Of a DNA stretch of 64,000 nt, positions 25,707 through 40,300 are shown piece after piece. The stretch is from NCBI GenBank assembly GCA_000934665.2, contig KZ537996.1, forward strand, positions 124,001 to 188,000. The letters are read 5' to 3'. Numbering within the stretch: the stretch's first letter is position 1; every line of letters begins with the position of its first letter. The notes below the pieces were generated by a model. The model made no database searches, was not told the origin of the DNA, and saw only the letters and a program-made list of their open reading frames with translations. This stretch comes from Catajapyx aquilonaris. Its lineage: Eukaryota. Position numbers and translations under genes: made by a program.

Positions 25707-26902
25707 TCTAACGCCAAGTTCAACATTGGAACAATTACTATTGTAACAATAGAATATTTGCAACCTACTATAGAACTGCATCTCCTAGCCTACTCAAAAT
25801 CAACCAATTTCAAGCCAATTAAAAAAAATCCCTCCAACCAGCCAGGTGCTTAGTGGAATCTCATTTACCATGTGGCTATTCCCTGATCACCATTTTTCCC
25901 TCAGCGCCACTTCCGCACAGGAAGCTCATGGCAACCCCCAAAAAACACACACAAAAAAATCTAAAACTGGCCACACAAGTTCACATCGCCATGATGTGAA
26001 TTTAGAAAACAGGCCGTGACTTTGTACGAAGCGGAGTTTCTGAAGCAAGCAAGCCGAGCAGCAGGGCCCCGGTCGTTGGTTCCGTCGCCGCCAGATCGAG
26101 CCAACTCCCTGGCGGAAATCGTCCGGCTTCTGCTGCTGATGCTCGACCTAAGGATTCTCCAATAATGTTGCCTGGTTTTTAAGCTTCTTGTTCTGTGTTC
26201 TTACATGAGTAGCCATGTACTTGCTAGGCCTTGAAATAGTTACTAGACTTGCTATAGTTTAGAACTAATGGTGACTAGTAGTTTGGTATGTGGTATAGGC
26301 TACAGATGTTTTGCTGCAAAATATTGTCACTCAACGAGAGTATGTGGTACATCGAAACTAGCTACTCATGGGACAGGAAGATATGGGGGTGAATGAACTG
26401 GAGAAATATTGTTTTAGATATTTGCAAATAACAAATCCAAAAGTCTGGTGACGTTTTGCACCACTGCAATGTGCCCGTAGGTAGAAGATATATGAAATTT
26501 TAGATATTAAAATTCAGGGATTGGTCATGCCCCTTCACTAAATACTGATGGCTTTAACTGGTTGTTAAAATGAACTCAATATGTGCGACAATGTGTGCCT
26601 TACCACTGCTAAAGTTAGGCTGTCTGGAAGCGCTCTTAGGCCTATTGTATGAATTTCGGTGTACACACTGGGATTACAACTTCAATTTATTAACTGATTT
26701 TTATAATGGTGTCAATTACAAAATTTTCTTCCGGTCTGGGAAAATAAGTGACTTGCTAAATTATTACAATTTGGATGACAATGTGCATGGTTTTACTTTT
26801 TTGCAATTGCATTAGAGCGCATCGGAAAGCGGGCACAAATTGTCACCTATTTCGCTTGAAGTTCACATTCCGCACTTTTATTTACAAGTTAGAGACAAGT
26901 TA

Positions 26903-27238
26903 GACAAGTTAGAGTACAAGAAGGTGTTTCCAACCTTGTTTTATACCGTATATAGTATAACTACTTCTAGACCAACAGTAGACGATTGCATAATAAAGTC
27001 TAGCAGACGATTGTATAATAAAGTCCACAAGTCTCTCGTAGTTATATATATACGGTATAAAACAAGGCCGTTGAAAACACCTTGTACTCTAACTTGTCCT
27101 TAATAATAAAGGTCCACAAGTCTAACGTAACTTGTCTTACAAGTTACGTTAGTCTTGTGGACCTTTATTATACAATCGTCTATTGTTGGTCTAGACGTAG
27201 TTATATATACGGTATAAAACAAGGTTGAAAACACCTTC
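26903..27238. repeat. Nested inverted/direct repeat complex
   Basis: Segment 26903-26963 is inverted at about 27038-27098, and the overlapping segment 26920-26995 is inverted at about 27167-27238. An internal 69-bp palindrome lies at 27103-27171 (33-bp arms, 1 mismatch, 3-nt loop). Short direct duplications (AGACGATTGyATAATAAAGTC x2; ACAAGTTAGA x3) are also present. Confidence 0.88.
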
Positions 27239-27372
27239 TATACTGTATATGCAATACATGGCATAGGCCCATGTTTGAAGGCAGCAGGCCAAAGCAGTTT
27301 CGAAAACAGATTCCATACATGTATTTTCCGGTGTGAAATAATAAAGGTCTGTGCAAGGTACGCACTCTACCA

Positions 27373-27429
<57 letters not shown>
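27373..27429. repeat. (ATT)n microsatellite
   Basis: About 18 units with one interruption. Confidence 0.95.
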
Positions 27430-28064
27430 AGCACTGCTTATTTGACAGTGCTGATAGTTTTTATGTCCTGTAATTAAAAATGCCACGGGTGTTCTAGAGG
27501 CGTAGTTAATTTGCAACCTGTACTGTAAACATATTCCACAATTGCAGTACTGTATATAATATATTGCAATATGTGTACATGGAAGGTCCGTATGTGCAGA
27601 GCGGATATTGTAAAAAGTTACCCTTTCAGTTATTTTCTATCGTTAGGTCTCATACGTGTCCATCAACACTTAGAATAAGCTCCTATTAATTGAAAAATAT
27701 AGTACATAATTATCTTGTGCCAAATACACACTTGCAGGAATTCATTAAAACTTTACTTGTGATCCTGATATTTCATTTCTAAACATTTAAGTCCATTAAT
27801 AATGCCCTCGCTCATGCACATTAGGCCTACGTACATTATTATCTATAAAGCACTCCTAACCCTCATTGCATTACTGCAAGGAGCCAAGGAAGAGATCTGC
27901 CTAAAAGGAGCTGTTACGTAAATTCATTACTTCATTAATATAACACTCCTATAACATTAATATGTTCACTCTAGCATCTATAACTCATTACAAGTCACAA
28001 AGACGGTTACAAGTGTATAGGCTTGTCTGGTATAACAGACACTATAATGGCCTTAACTGATAAT

Positions 28065-28405
28065 TATTAAATAAATAAATAAATAAATCCAGGTAGTGCT
28101 TGGACCCCTCTTGGGGTATTACACGGACCTTTATTTATTAACTTGTACTTGTACAATTTGTACACATCTGGAACCTTTGACGAAGCGCCCGGGCCCACGG
28201 GCAGGATGGCAGGAGGGGATGTGCAAAGTGCAGAGCAATGTCGTGGGTAATTTCATTTTGTGAACTCCCCCGGGTGGTTAGTCTAAGGAGTCCCACCCGA
28301 GACGAAGCCAGAGATGGCCCAAACTCTGCACGAGATGACGGGCTGGGATCGAACCCGGGACCTTAACATGGGCGCGTGCGTTACCGCAGCGCCACTTGGC
28401 CTCCC
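28065..28405 (-). mobile_element. tRNA-derived SINE (about 340 bp) with (TTTA)n tail and target-site duplication
   Basis: Minus-strand head has an A-box-like TGGCGCTGCGG (28394-28384) and a B box GGTTCGATCCC (28355-28345). The 3' end is a (TTTA)n run at about 28088-28068. The direct repeat AACTGATAAT flanks both sides (28055-28064 and 28406-28415) and extends with TATTAAAT after a 2-nt indel. Confidence 0.85.
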
Positions 28406-31324
28406 AACTGATAATATTATTAAATGCATTATCTATGTTGTACAGCGGATAATCCTCTAAATAGAGATAAGAAATAATGTAGTCTAAATGCTCTCTATAT
28501 CCAATGAAATGATACAACTTCCTCATAAATTTTTCCTATCTTTATTCATACTATACAACAAGTCAACAATATATTGTCCTTTTAAAATCCTTGCAAGGTA
28601 AACAGCAGTTAGATAACACTCGTAATTATTACAACATACAGACCTATATGGTGGATAGGCAGAGACGTAATCTGACTGTGAGAGACAGTTTGTCACATGT
28701 TTGTGCTAAAAAAAATTCCAAGTGACTAATGCTGTCTACAACGTTTAATAAATTATGCAATGCGAGTTTCCGTACTAGTTATGCAAGCTTATACAGTGCA
28801 ACGTAAAACTTACAAGTAGGAAACACGTTGCGCATCGCTAATCATTGTTAATAAATGTTCGCATTTAAAAACAAACTGACTTGTACATGTAATGAGCAAA
28901 ACCGGTATCGAGGAACACAAACGCGTAGTAATAAAAAGTCGTTACCGAGAAGTGCAGTAACTGCTAGTGTAACATCTTTTTAAAAGTGTGGAAATACCAG
29001 AAGACTTAAAAAAGTCATATAATTTACATACAATATGCAGTATATCTCCAAGAATCATACGCAGCAGAACATGTTCAATACGCAATTGCTATTTGGCTCA
29101 TTGAAATCAGAAACCTCGAGCATTATTTAAAATCTAGGATTTTATTGCCACGCACACTGCCACTAGAAACATTTCCATCATTTGTCAACAGAAATGACCT
29201 AAACTACGCAAGCACTCTCACAAGCTGCATGACTCGCGTAAAACCAGAGCCAGGCCCAGGTTAGCACCGAGTCCGCCAAAAAAAAATCTGACACATGAGG
29301 GCAGGCCGGAGATAAAAGGCTGGACAAAACACCACAGGATGTGATTGTAGCCAATTCCGTCCTGAATAAATCGGCGAATAAAGCAGGTTAGAGTGCGGGC
29401 GAGTGGCGGCTTATAGCAGTCCCAACACGAGGCCAAGTCTCTCGAAAGGCATCCAAATAGGTCTGTAACACTAGTCGCGACCAAAACCACACTGCTGTGG
29501 ATACAAGGCAAAACAACGGGCTCAGACCAGAGAAGTAACTGTCTCCCGCGTGGCAGATTTTCTTCTAGGGACCAGAACTCGGCCCAAATGTCACACTTGC
29601 GACTATGGCTAGTACCGGTTACAAATTCAGTTTGTATCCATGTAGTTATGCAGCCCACATGCGCTCCTGCTGGTGTGTCCAGCCTTCAAAGACTAGTATA
29701 AATCAGACTCCAAAAGGTGTGTAGCACGTCATATCCCGACAGTCAAGATTTATTTATCAGTGGACATTTTCTCTAATGGAATTTTAATTTCCCTCAACGC
29801 AATGAAGGGGGCTGGAGAAGCCGGGGGTAACTTTTGTCATTTTCTGGCTTACACTGGGGGACAAAAGTAAGCACTTTGTATTCCAGGCACGTCTATAGGA
29901 GCGGTCAACTCCTTCGCTTATTATCCAAGATAGACTTCTTTCTATTCCATTTTAGGACGAATGGAACAATCCCACGCTCGCCCTGTTCTTCTAATGACGC
30001 CCATGACTAGTTACTTTACCATTGTCACATTTTCGATTCAGACGGATATAGGGCCACCGTGCATAATATGCATGAAGCTCCTCAAGGCCTCTGTGGAGAG
30101 AACAAACACCAAGTCGAGTCTGTGTGCCTCCAGACCCTCATGATTTACCTTCTCCCAAAAGCTAACCCGTGGCCTCAACTATTTATCAACAGGCCAAAAC
30201 CGAGCTCCATTTTTTAAAAAGTGCCCAGCACATAGTTCCGGTTCATCAGATGACCACCAAATTGCTTGTGGGTACCTAAACTATCAGATACATTGTTGTA
30301 ATTCTCACCTGTGCCACGTGCCCTTTTGTATACACAAGCTGAAAGAGATGTTAAACCACTAGGAGCGGGCATCAAATGAAAAGCTATCACAACCGACCTC
30401 CAGGCAATTGGATCTGACGTTTCAATGCGAGAAATAATGGCATAAGGGATTGTTAAGGGCGGTGAGGCTTATTTGGATTTTCTCACAGGTGGCTACGGAT
30501 AACGGGTGCTCTTAAAAAAAGAACCTATAAATTTTGGAGCCTACTTCCGAAGCTCTTTGGTGGGTACTAAAAAGAACATTTGTTGAGGCAAATGGCTCCA
30601 TGTGGCTCTACACAGATACTTTAAGTAGTGTTTCGAGGGAAATCTTTACTGCCGCCACCTGTGAAAGAGAACTCTTAACTTGCGACTTGCTGTTTTACCT
30701 CTTTTATACTCGGGTCTTTTCCATGTCTTTAAAATGAGCGGACCAGTGATTGTGAGGAAACTACGTCAAATGTCGTTTTCACAGGCGGTTCGTCGAATTA
30801 TAAACATCTTGGTGTTGTGAATGGTACAATACGTCTTCACCTCGACGGTCAAGTCCTACGCCATCTGCTTCCAAAACGAAAAAAAGGAAAACGGAGAAGA
30901 GTCACATCGGTTGCCATAATTTTGTGCCGACTTCAAACTGATACTAATCGTCAGACGTTTCGGGGAAAAAGGGGTTCAGATATACGACCTTCCACAGGAA
31001 ATAAAGAATTTGGTGACCACTACCTTCTCACACTCTATTCATGCAAGTCGACGGGAGGTCAGAGGCGACGAATACATTGTAGGAACCGATATGTCTTGAT
31101 AATAATACGTCGACAGTGTTTGTATGCAAGGTTACAGACTTGTTAGGACGTATTCTATATGGGGAGTAAGGCCCCACAGTCCCATTGAAAGTGTGTCAAT
31201 GTAGCGAACAATTCATATAGATCATAAGCAGTGATGTTGATGCATGAAACCTGGAGACATCTGAAACTATATAGTCCGTAAGGAATATTTCAAGGGGTTA
31301 ACCACGCGACTGTGAAGTGTACAC

Positions 31325-31395
31325 TGGAGTACCAAATTCAAGGAGTACCAAGGAGCACCAAAGAGTAAGGTACCTATAAGGAGTACCTGGGAGTA
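31325..31395. repeat. Degenerate minisatellite of GGAGTACC-like units
   Basis: GGAGTACCAA, GGAGTACCAA, GGAGCACCAA, GGTACC, GGAGTACC and GGAGTA occur within 70 bp. Confidence 0.55.
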
Positions 31396-34300
31396 GGTGG
31401 AATGGCACGTCAAGTCTGGAGGCATGCCTACAGTTCTTCCATTCGAAATCACTGATTTTGAAACATAGAAAATCATAATTGTGACTATCCACTTAAACAG
31501 CACATTTTAATATCACTAAGTTAAAAATCAAAATACATTGAAAATATCAAATCCTACACACTGTATCTAAAACTTCAAGTGAGAGCAAAGGAACTGTTAT
31601 TCGCTCTTTTTTTTATATAAATATCACATCTGTGGTCATTTACAACTAAACGTGATATTATCCTGGAGGCCATCAGCGCCATCTTCAGCAAAAACTCTGC
31701 TCCAGAATAGCAACATTTGACCTATACACGTCGCCTAAAATATTCAATCCAGCCAGCCCTCTATACAGCCGTAAAAGCAGGTCAGCAGTAATCCGACGGG
31801 GCTAGGAACAAATTCTTGGAAATGTGAGATGAGTCCCCCGAAAGCAGCTGCGATTGAATACAAGAGGGTCGTTGCGAGGTCTCACGTGGCGCCAAAGGTG
31901 TAAAGGATGGCTCTTTACGCCGCCATATTATGGGGCCGAATGGACGTTGGGGGATATTGCGTCAACTGGAACGAGCAGCTTTCCTCCCCGAATCGCAGCT
32001 CCTTGATACTCATCAACACGTATCAAAAGGGAGAGACTAGGGTGCTCCTAATCTGCCATTCAAAAGAGTGCCGGCCAAGGTCGGCTTTTGTCAAGTACTT
32101 GACCAAAAAAAAACTGGTGGTAATTACACATTAGAATCACTCCAGTAGCAGGCATGTTAATTAAAAACATCGTCAAAACTTCATCCGGAAAAAAACGTGA
32201 CCTTTGAGTGATTCTGGCCGTGCAATTTGGATCTGGCTGTAACCACCGCTGCTGGATGCCTTTCAATTTTTATGGCCCAATTTCGCCCAGCCTGTTATGG
32301 CTGCCTAAAGAACTGGAGGGGCTGCTGATACTTTGGGGGTGCGCTGGGGGTCCCACAACTTCAACTGCTCACTCCAATCTTCTCTGGGCGCACGACTCAT
32401 CTCCGCCAAAAAACCCTATCCGAACTAACCTTATGCCACTTTTCATGGGTTTTAAACCTTGATTGTAATGGACAGATTAGGATATGCTAGTATTTCGCAC
32501 AGTGCCGGATATAACATTGTTTACTTTGTATTTCATAAAGGGTACAAGAGGTGTGACGCACACTCTACACATATTCTGGCCGAAACATGCATTAGTTCCA
32601 CCACAGCACGTGTTGCTTGCCTTCACAGACAGAAACAAGTGGGCCTATATCATATAAAACTGCGCCGGATTTAATACATCAAGAGTATCCAGGTGTCATA
32701 TTTATATGAAAAAATATGTCGTGTCAAAATGTGGTTATTCTAACACACTCGGTAGGCATCTGAAATTACAGGGAGTAAAACGTGGGGGTATAAAGTGCCT
32801 TAAAATATTAGTTTAATAATATTGTTCAAGAGAGTAAACAAACACTACCAGATTTTTACCTTGGGAAAAGGTCACGGATTTTGCACGTAAACATGTTATT
32901 AGAGCCCAATACGTTGAGGAATTTATCAAGTGTCAGCGTGATGGAACATGCAAAATTCTTGATTTTCATATTCGCACTAGCAGGCCTGTTTCAATCATGG
33001 TATGAAGTAAACCAGGATTGCCGCAGACCGGAGAATTCCTTAATTCTAGTCATTTAGACTCAAACAAGTGCAGTTTGCGGACTTTTCCCTCAATCAGCTG
33101 CACGTAAACCATCAATATGCCAAATTACAGTACTCTCAGTAGTCTGAAAGTGGGTTAGATAGTCTGGACATACAGAAAAACTATCTGCTTTATTATGTAA
33201 GATTTGCGTAGTATTTAAATGACAATGAAATAAACTTGGTGCTTTTAAAATCCAACGGTCAGAATGTGTTAGGCCTACATTGTAAGTTGGACGTGATGTA
33301 GAGAACAGTCGGAAAATGTAACTAGATATAATAATTATGTAAATTTACGATGGGACAAAATACTTACGCTTAAGAAAGAAGCACGCAAAACCATGATGAA
33401 AAAGGCTGTGAGAAATAATTTCCCGCCATAACAATCCATTATACCAGTACTACACGGTATAAAACGGGATTCTCAGCAGTGTAAATAACATGCATATAAA
33501 AACAGCACTAACATTGTTATTTAATGGTCTGCTGACGCATAAGAATCTTCCGGCTAACACATAATTGCCCTATAGTGTTGTAAACACTGCAAGTGATAAT
33601 TTGTGTAATGTCTATGACGATCGGTTTGAAACCCACGACCCATTTGCTACAGTGCTACAAATGCCCTCCTATACTCCCATTACATACTAGAATACATAGG
33701 CTACCTAAGATTCATTGCTGGTAATTGGCATTGCGCTTATAAATTAAGCGAGGTTATGCACAGCCAGAAGCTCGCTTAAACACTAATTGAAGTTAAATCC
33801 TCAGTTCCGAGCAAAAGGCCCTTTGACCGACCTTATAACTGACCCACAATATCACTCCAAACTCTTACGAAAATCTTACACGTAACATGCAGTTACAACT
33901 CAAATCAGCAATATTAATAGAATTATCCAACTCACACATATTTATCTTACAACTGACACGTTCCAATATCAGTCTAAACGTGCACTCAGTGCCGATAAGC
34001 GCATCTATTCAAAAAAATAAATGACATTACACTCTTCAAAAGCAAGCCTTCCATATAGCCACCATCGCAGCATGAATATTTGAGTATGAAAAATTAACGC
34101 TTGTGCACATTGTTCCGCCTTTTAAAAAATGACACGCGTTACATCGTGACGTGGCGCATGACCGTAATAAATTATATAGGGTAGCGGCATATTATTTTGT
34201 CCTCGTACATAGGCCTATCTGTGAGCCCGGCGTCACCGTGGCCAGCATACGTATTATAGCATGAGGCTGGAATGTGGAGTTAGCCTATACACCCCCAATT

Positions 34301-37300
34301 TCATGTCAACAGCATGCCTCCAACACTTTCATTACTAGAATTCTTGCCATTCATACCTTTCCCAATTTCGCGGCAAACATTTTCCACGTGCTTCTGCCAT
34401 GAAAAGGGGGGGGGGCGGGGGTTGGGGTGAGAGAGCTGGGAGGGTGACTATCTACATATAATCCACTGCAGTTGTGCAGGTGAAGCCCACCGCTAATAGC
34501 CAACATTACGCCTTATGATTATGATGAAGAGCTGGCTCATTCCTCGTATATTTGTCCCCACCCCTCTCCAGCAACCTCTCAACTTTCCAATCGCAGGCAT
34601 ATTTCCTTGATTTATTAGCGCAAACTATTTTTGCACCCGGTTTTTGTTCTGGAGACTAGATTTTTTTGGGACCGTGCTGTTGCTGTTCTTATATAGAATC
34701 GAGACCCTTCTAAAAAATCTAAAGAGACCTTGGCCTCTTTTTCACCCCAACGGCATTCCCCAAGTGACCGGTACTCCTTTCCACTGGCTGTCAAACTCTT
34801 TTACGTTGGTGCAATATTTACAGGTGAGCCCTAGACACACCTAGCGGTACTCATCCCCGTTACGGCACCTCACTGTGGAAACAGCGTCACTCCAAAAACA
34901 GCCTGAATAACCATTGTTGTCATTTATTTGCCATAAATACCGCCGCATCTTACCGGAGGATAAAAAATGATTTAAGGATTTAAAAAAATCCATATGCCTA
35001 GACTTCCTTTTCCCAGACTGTGCTTGAAATGTCCACAAGGATGTATGGAGTGCTAAATGATCCATAACCACACGGCGGCATAACGTTTAGGTGCGCCTTA
35101 TATTGCGTGTTATTGGCCATGAAACTGCGGATGATTGGGCATTAACGTGCAATGGCCAATTTGTATCCTATTCTGGTGATCTTTTATGGCTTTTATGTTC
35201 TCGCTAGTGCCGAAAGGGATTCCAAGTATATACAGATGGGGAAGGTAAGAGGATTGTTATAGGTTTATTTTATTGAAGACGGAATGGCCGGTAGGTTTCT
35301 CCCACACCCCACATAACTGACTGGATTCTCCCAGTCTATTGTGAATAACTTTCAGAATGTTGCAGTGCGTGCCACTGGACCATTAATTTCAACTTGCATA
35401 TACACATCTCGTTTTGTGCTACTGGGTATGCACCAGTTTACAGCACTACATTTGTCTGCGGAGTTAATTTATTTTTAAATATGTGCATAAGTGGCATGAA
35501 AATGTTTAAAAAGTAGGTATAAATTGACTGTAGTTTGACTTTTTGTTTATTATTCAGTGGGCAGGCTTTATTTACAATTTTCCGTTTGTGGAGGAAGGTA
35601 ATAAAATATTACAGCCTCACCCTCTCGGTATTAAAATTAAACATGTCCTTTTATGTACCAAATTTTATGTACCAAATCTCGACATGCATCCATGACAAAA
35701 TAGCAATAAAATTCTGTATGAGCTAATGTACATTTTAGTAAAATTTCTGAGGAAATATGAAACAGTAGTAGGCTACATCATTTAAATACATATCGAATAT
35801 ACGGTATATCAAGAAATGCATATTTAGTAGGTTAGCCTCAAACACAATAATTAAACCCACAAAATAATATATTTTAAAACGGATTAGAATTCATACATAC
35901 TTTAAAACTTCATTTTACGGAATAACAAATATTGTGATCTCAGAATTTTAAAATCGACGAATTTAGAATATAATGCACACATTTTTTGTGTCCATAATTT
36001 ATTAACCGGTGGTTCTGAGCTTTTAATGCGATAAGGACTTACTATTTATTTGAAAACAGTACTCAAAATTACATTTTGAGTGACTGCTGCTTATAGATGT
36101 CGAAAAATATATGCAAAACGAAGCCATGGCACAAACTACTCCAAAGAAAATAATTCCGCAACACCCCTTTCACTAATTAATTTTAAACGCAGTGCACACA
36201 AAATTTTAGAATCACCGCAGCGACATTTACAGCCCGTTATATTACCGGTAAAAGTCTAACTAACGAAAAACACGCCTACCTTTCCCACAGTCGATAAAAT
36301 ATAACCATAACTGTCTAATTCAGCAATACTGCTACCAAAAAAAAAACCATCAAGCAAGTGCAGATATCTCAGGGTCGAGGGAAAAATACTTGAACTTACC
36401 CATATTTAACCGCCTTCACCGGTAGCCCTTCACTTTATTGTTATACGACATTACAGTCTCGAAACTTAGCTCAATCTGTAGTGTGCATTTTATTACACTT
36501 TTGGAAACTCTAGTTAACCTCAAGTTTACACCACATACACTGTCTGACAGTGAAGCTGTTGCCAGAGGCCAAACAAAAAAAGAAAGTAGCTTGTTCCTCC
36601 GCCATTATGGAAGAATCAGTGAAAGGAACGGGCAAGGACCAATGAAAAGCCAGTCGCCGGCTGCGAGGCGGGAAAACGTGTCAAACACTCATCAATTACA
36701 AACCGGTCCGAATGTTTCCACCCACCCTCCAAACTTCTGCATGCGAGATTCAATATCTATTTTTTTTTTACCTGATCTATCCCCGGGTTCACCTTCTCCG
36801 TCTGGCTAACCCGCACTTTGAGCCAAATATTGCCAAAAACAGAGGCTCCCAGACACAAGATGGCGGCGGGCATAGCCGATGGGCGTGGCTTCCCCAATCG
36901 TCTCGTTATACCCCTCAAATTTTGCTCAAATTTGGCCAATTTTAACACCGAACATGGACAGGAGGTCAAAATATATTTTTGAGAAGGTCAGGTGATGCTA
37001 TAAACGCAAGTGGGACACACAGAAGTTGTAAACTGTAAAAAAGGGGGGGGGGGGGGCGGAAATAATGGCCGCAATAACAAAGAGACGCCATTGCAGGCCG
37101 AAAGGAACCCGTCCGCTTCTCTGGTGAGTCTCCTTGTTGTGTCCATTTTTAGTGGAATTACATCCAGTTAGATACAGTTACTAGGAACTATCGTGGACAT
37201 AAGGTATGGACGTGCAGTTAGCGAAAACCACAGGTACATAAGTTAAAAATAGCTTCAACGGTGTCAATGTGCGGGTTAGAAATGGGTTAAAGGGTTGAAA

Positions 37301-40300
37301 TTAGAGTGTAGTGGTTTATGAGCATGGATAATCATAGTGTAGGGCTAGAGTTAATTTTAGAGCCAGGAATTAATCATTTGAATGTCTCGTCCAATGAGCG
37401 TCTAGGAGAGGTGATTTAGGGCATCCCACAGCTCCCAAGTATTGATTCGACTCCACTGCAGGCAGGCACCTCTAAAGCAATGGAGTTGGCACTTTCTAAA
37501 ACTCGAAAAAAAAATATTCAGCCTTGTGCAGTCTGTACACAAAATTCAGCAGGTTGCCTTGGCGATATTTCAAAACACCGGGTGACCCAAAACGTCATTT
37601 GGGTAATATCTAAGGCGGACATTTTATATTATTTATTTTATCATGTTATGGGCACGTGCTCCTGTGGGTGGACGCAATACGACCTCACTCTGTAGTACAA
37701 CATAATTAATTCTCATTTTTCATCTCTTTCTGATATATGAACAAAAAAATTATGCAAGAAGTCAGTGTTCATAATCAGGAACCAAAATTTTTCTTTTTAT
37801 CCGCCACACATAAGACGGTTATACAAAACATTATTATTAACACCCATATTACACATTTGAGAATATTGGATACCTGCTGCTTCTATACGAGCAATATTGG
37901 TAACACGATGCGAATTATAAAATGCTCCGGATTTATTATCAGGAGACGATTGATTGTTAAAAACAGGCTTACTACAATAAATAAAATACACTCGTTAGTC
38001 TGGTATTCCCCAATTTGGTCCAACAAAAATATTGATACGACTTTACAAACGGCGCACAAAGAGAAACCGCGACGGCAGCAAACTTCTTGTTTACATGTGT
38101 CATTCTGGTATAATTTTACTGACCAAAAGGTCCCCCTGAGATGAAGAACCGTCTGCCAGACGAATCTACGCATTAACCGAGACTCGTTGACCTCAGCCTG
38201 AAAATGAACAACAATGGCAGGGGCACAGCGCCATTTCCCATGCAAAATCGGCACTTTGCGCGACCACACGGCGAGGGAAACAATGGCAGCGGCCAAGTAG
38301 CAGTCCCCAACAACTATAAGACAAAGATGTTTAGAGGAGCTTACGTGGGTGACTCAGGTATTTCAACACAAGAGATCCCCCTGGAGCCAGCAATCTAGCC
38401 GCTGCTAAGGTCTTCGGGGAGGCATAAAACGCAGCCAGATCCACATTCTGACGCTCTGACTAAGCCATTGTTGCGCTCGCAAGTAGCTTTGTGGCACAAG
38501 TGTTTAGTCCCAAGAGCCTGTGCAAAAGCCGACGGGGGCACACGCCTCTTATGAATTTTTCAACCAAAAAGGGGGGTAGGTGGAGGGGAGTGGGGGGATA
38601 AACAGTACAGATTGTTGAGTTTGCGGTTTTGACCACTCTTGCGCGGCTGGGATGCAATCGGGAAATATTTATGAGCTGAGAATGCATGCATTTTCAACTC
38701 GTTTGTGAACAAATCTCACCTCCAGTTCTTTCAGTATCTGCCTGATTATTCTCGCTTAATGAGGCTTTATTATTACCGGTACCTGAGGAATAATACCCCC
38801 AGAGTTTAATCAGCTTCAAATAAAGCGTCATGACAAATGCGACTGCTTCATAACAGTTTATAGTGCGTTTATTGACTTACGCAAGATTGAACAGACACTT
38901 TTTTCCAACTGGACAGAACATATGCGGTGAATATCAAACCAGAATTCCTATAGATTTACGTACACACAAGCAGGTGTTTCAAGAACTTGTACATATTGCA
39001 TTCCCATGTGGGTGTGTAGGGAAAAACAGTATGCGTATAATATTTATTACCTTATCAGTACCAACTCTTTTGTATGAAGAGGCCCCACATGCTATTGTGG
39101 CTGTCTTCTTAGAGCATATAGAGAAGTGGTGTCAAAAGTAATGAATGATCCTTATAGGCTTATATACTTGGCTCACGTACATACTGGTAATTAGGCCTAT
39201 AGGCCTACTCGTCATGTAATTTACTGCATAGCTGGCAAGACAGATATAATACACCACACATCCAGTATACGTATAACATGTCCATCCTTCAATAGGATAT
39301 GTGCTTGCTCCTCAGTGTGAAATATTGTCACGGAGAACAGAAAGTCTAAAATAACACGCTACCAATCACCTCATTCTGCCACACTGGGACTGCAAAATTA
39401 GGCTGAGGACATGACTGTTGAGTATCTGATCAAAACGTTACATGCTGTCAATGTGAAGGTGGACTACAATACGCCAACACACAATGCAATTTTTTTGTAC
39501 TTGCGACCTTTGGCTCACAAGCAGCAAAATTCATCAAGCAAAACACACTCTTATCGACACACTTTTTGGCCACAGATCCATGGCTGGTGCCCCAAGTTTT
39601 CCAAGCAGTTCATATATACAATGGTCTCTTGAGCATATTAACGGAAAGCCAGGCTCAACAGAGGGCATGTGTTTTCAGATAGTCCTGATGTAGGTCATCA
39701 TCGCACAGGCGCTGTTATCATCGAAGGAGAAACATCTGAAAATTCTACCATGTTATGTCATCATGCGGTTGGATAAGTGATATGGTATATAAGCTAGTCA
39801 TTTAAGTATATAAATAGGTCTGGAAAAGGCTGAAGATCATCTTCAAAGGCTTAGTGGTAAATTATTTTTGAGCATCACATATGAGTGGTATATGCTACGT
39901 AAATGGATCGAAAATTTAATTTTAATTACCATTATACTGTATTGAGAGGTGAACCCACTACACACCGTATACAGGCATATTTGCAGTAAAATATACCATC
40001 CACGCAACCTTAAACAGGCCACAGTACAGTAATACCGTATCTCATTTTATATCCATCGTGCCAGCTGTGCAGTAAATTATGTGTCTGCGAGAGAGGTATG
40101 AGGTACACATAAGCCAACAGTAAGTAAATTCGCATACCTCAATGGACTCGTGATACTGAAAATTACACTTGTAACCTCAAAAGATCCTTCCCTATGCTTT
40201 TCACACACTGGTGAACATGACGTAAAATATTCCAATTTTAGCAGAGTTGGAAGCTCTCACATATTATACAACACGAGATATTCCGAGAAGTGTCATCAAT

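Noticed and set aside
26880..27240. CRISPR-like repeat/spacer array
   Set aside because: Eukaryotic context, the repeats are mostly inverted and irregular, and there are no unique regular spacers or cas genes.
28340..28405. tRNA gene
   Set aside because: A and B boxes are present but there is no full cloverleaf; the body, tail and TSD indicate a SINE head.
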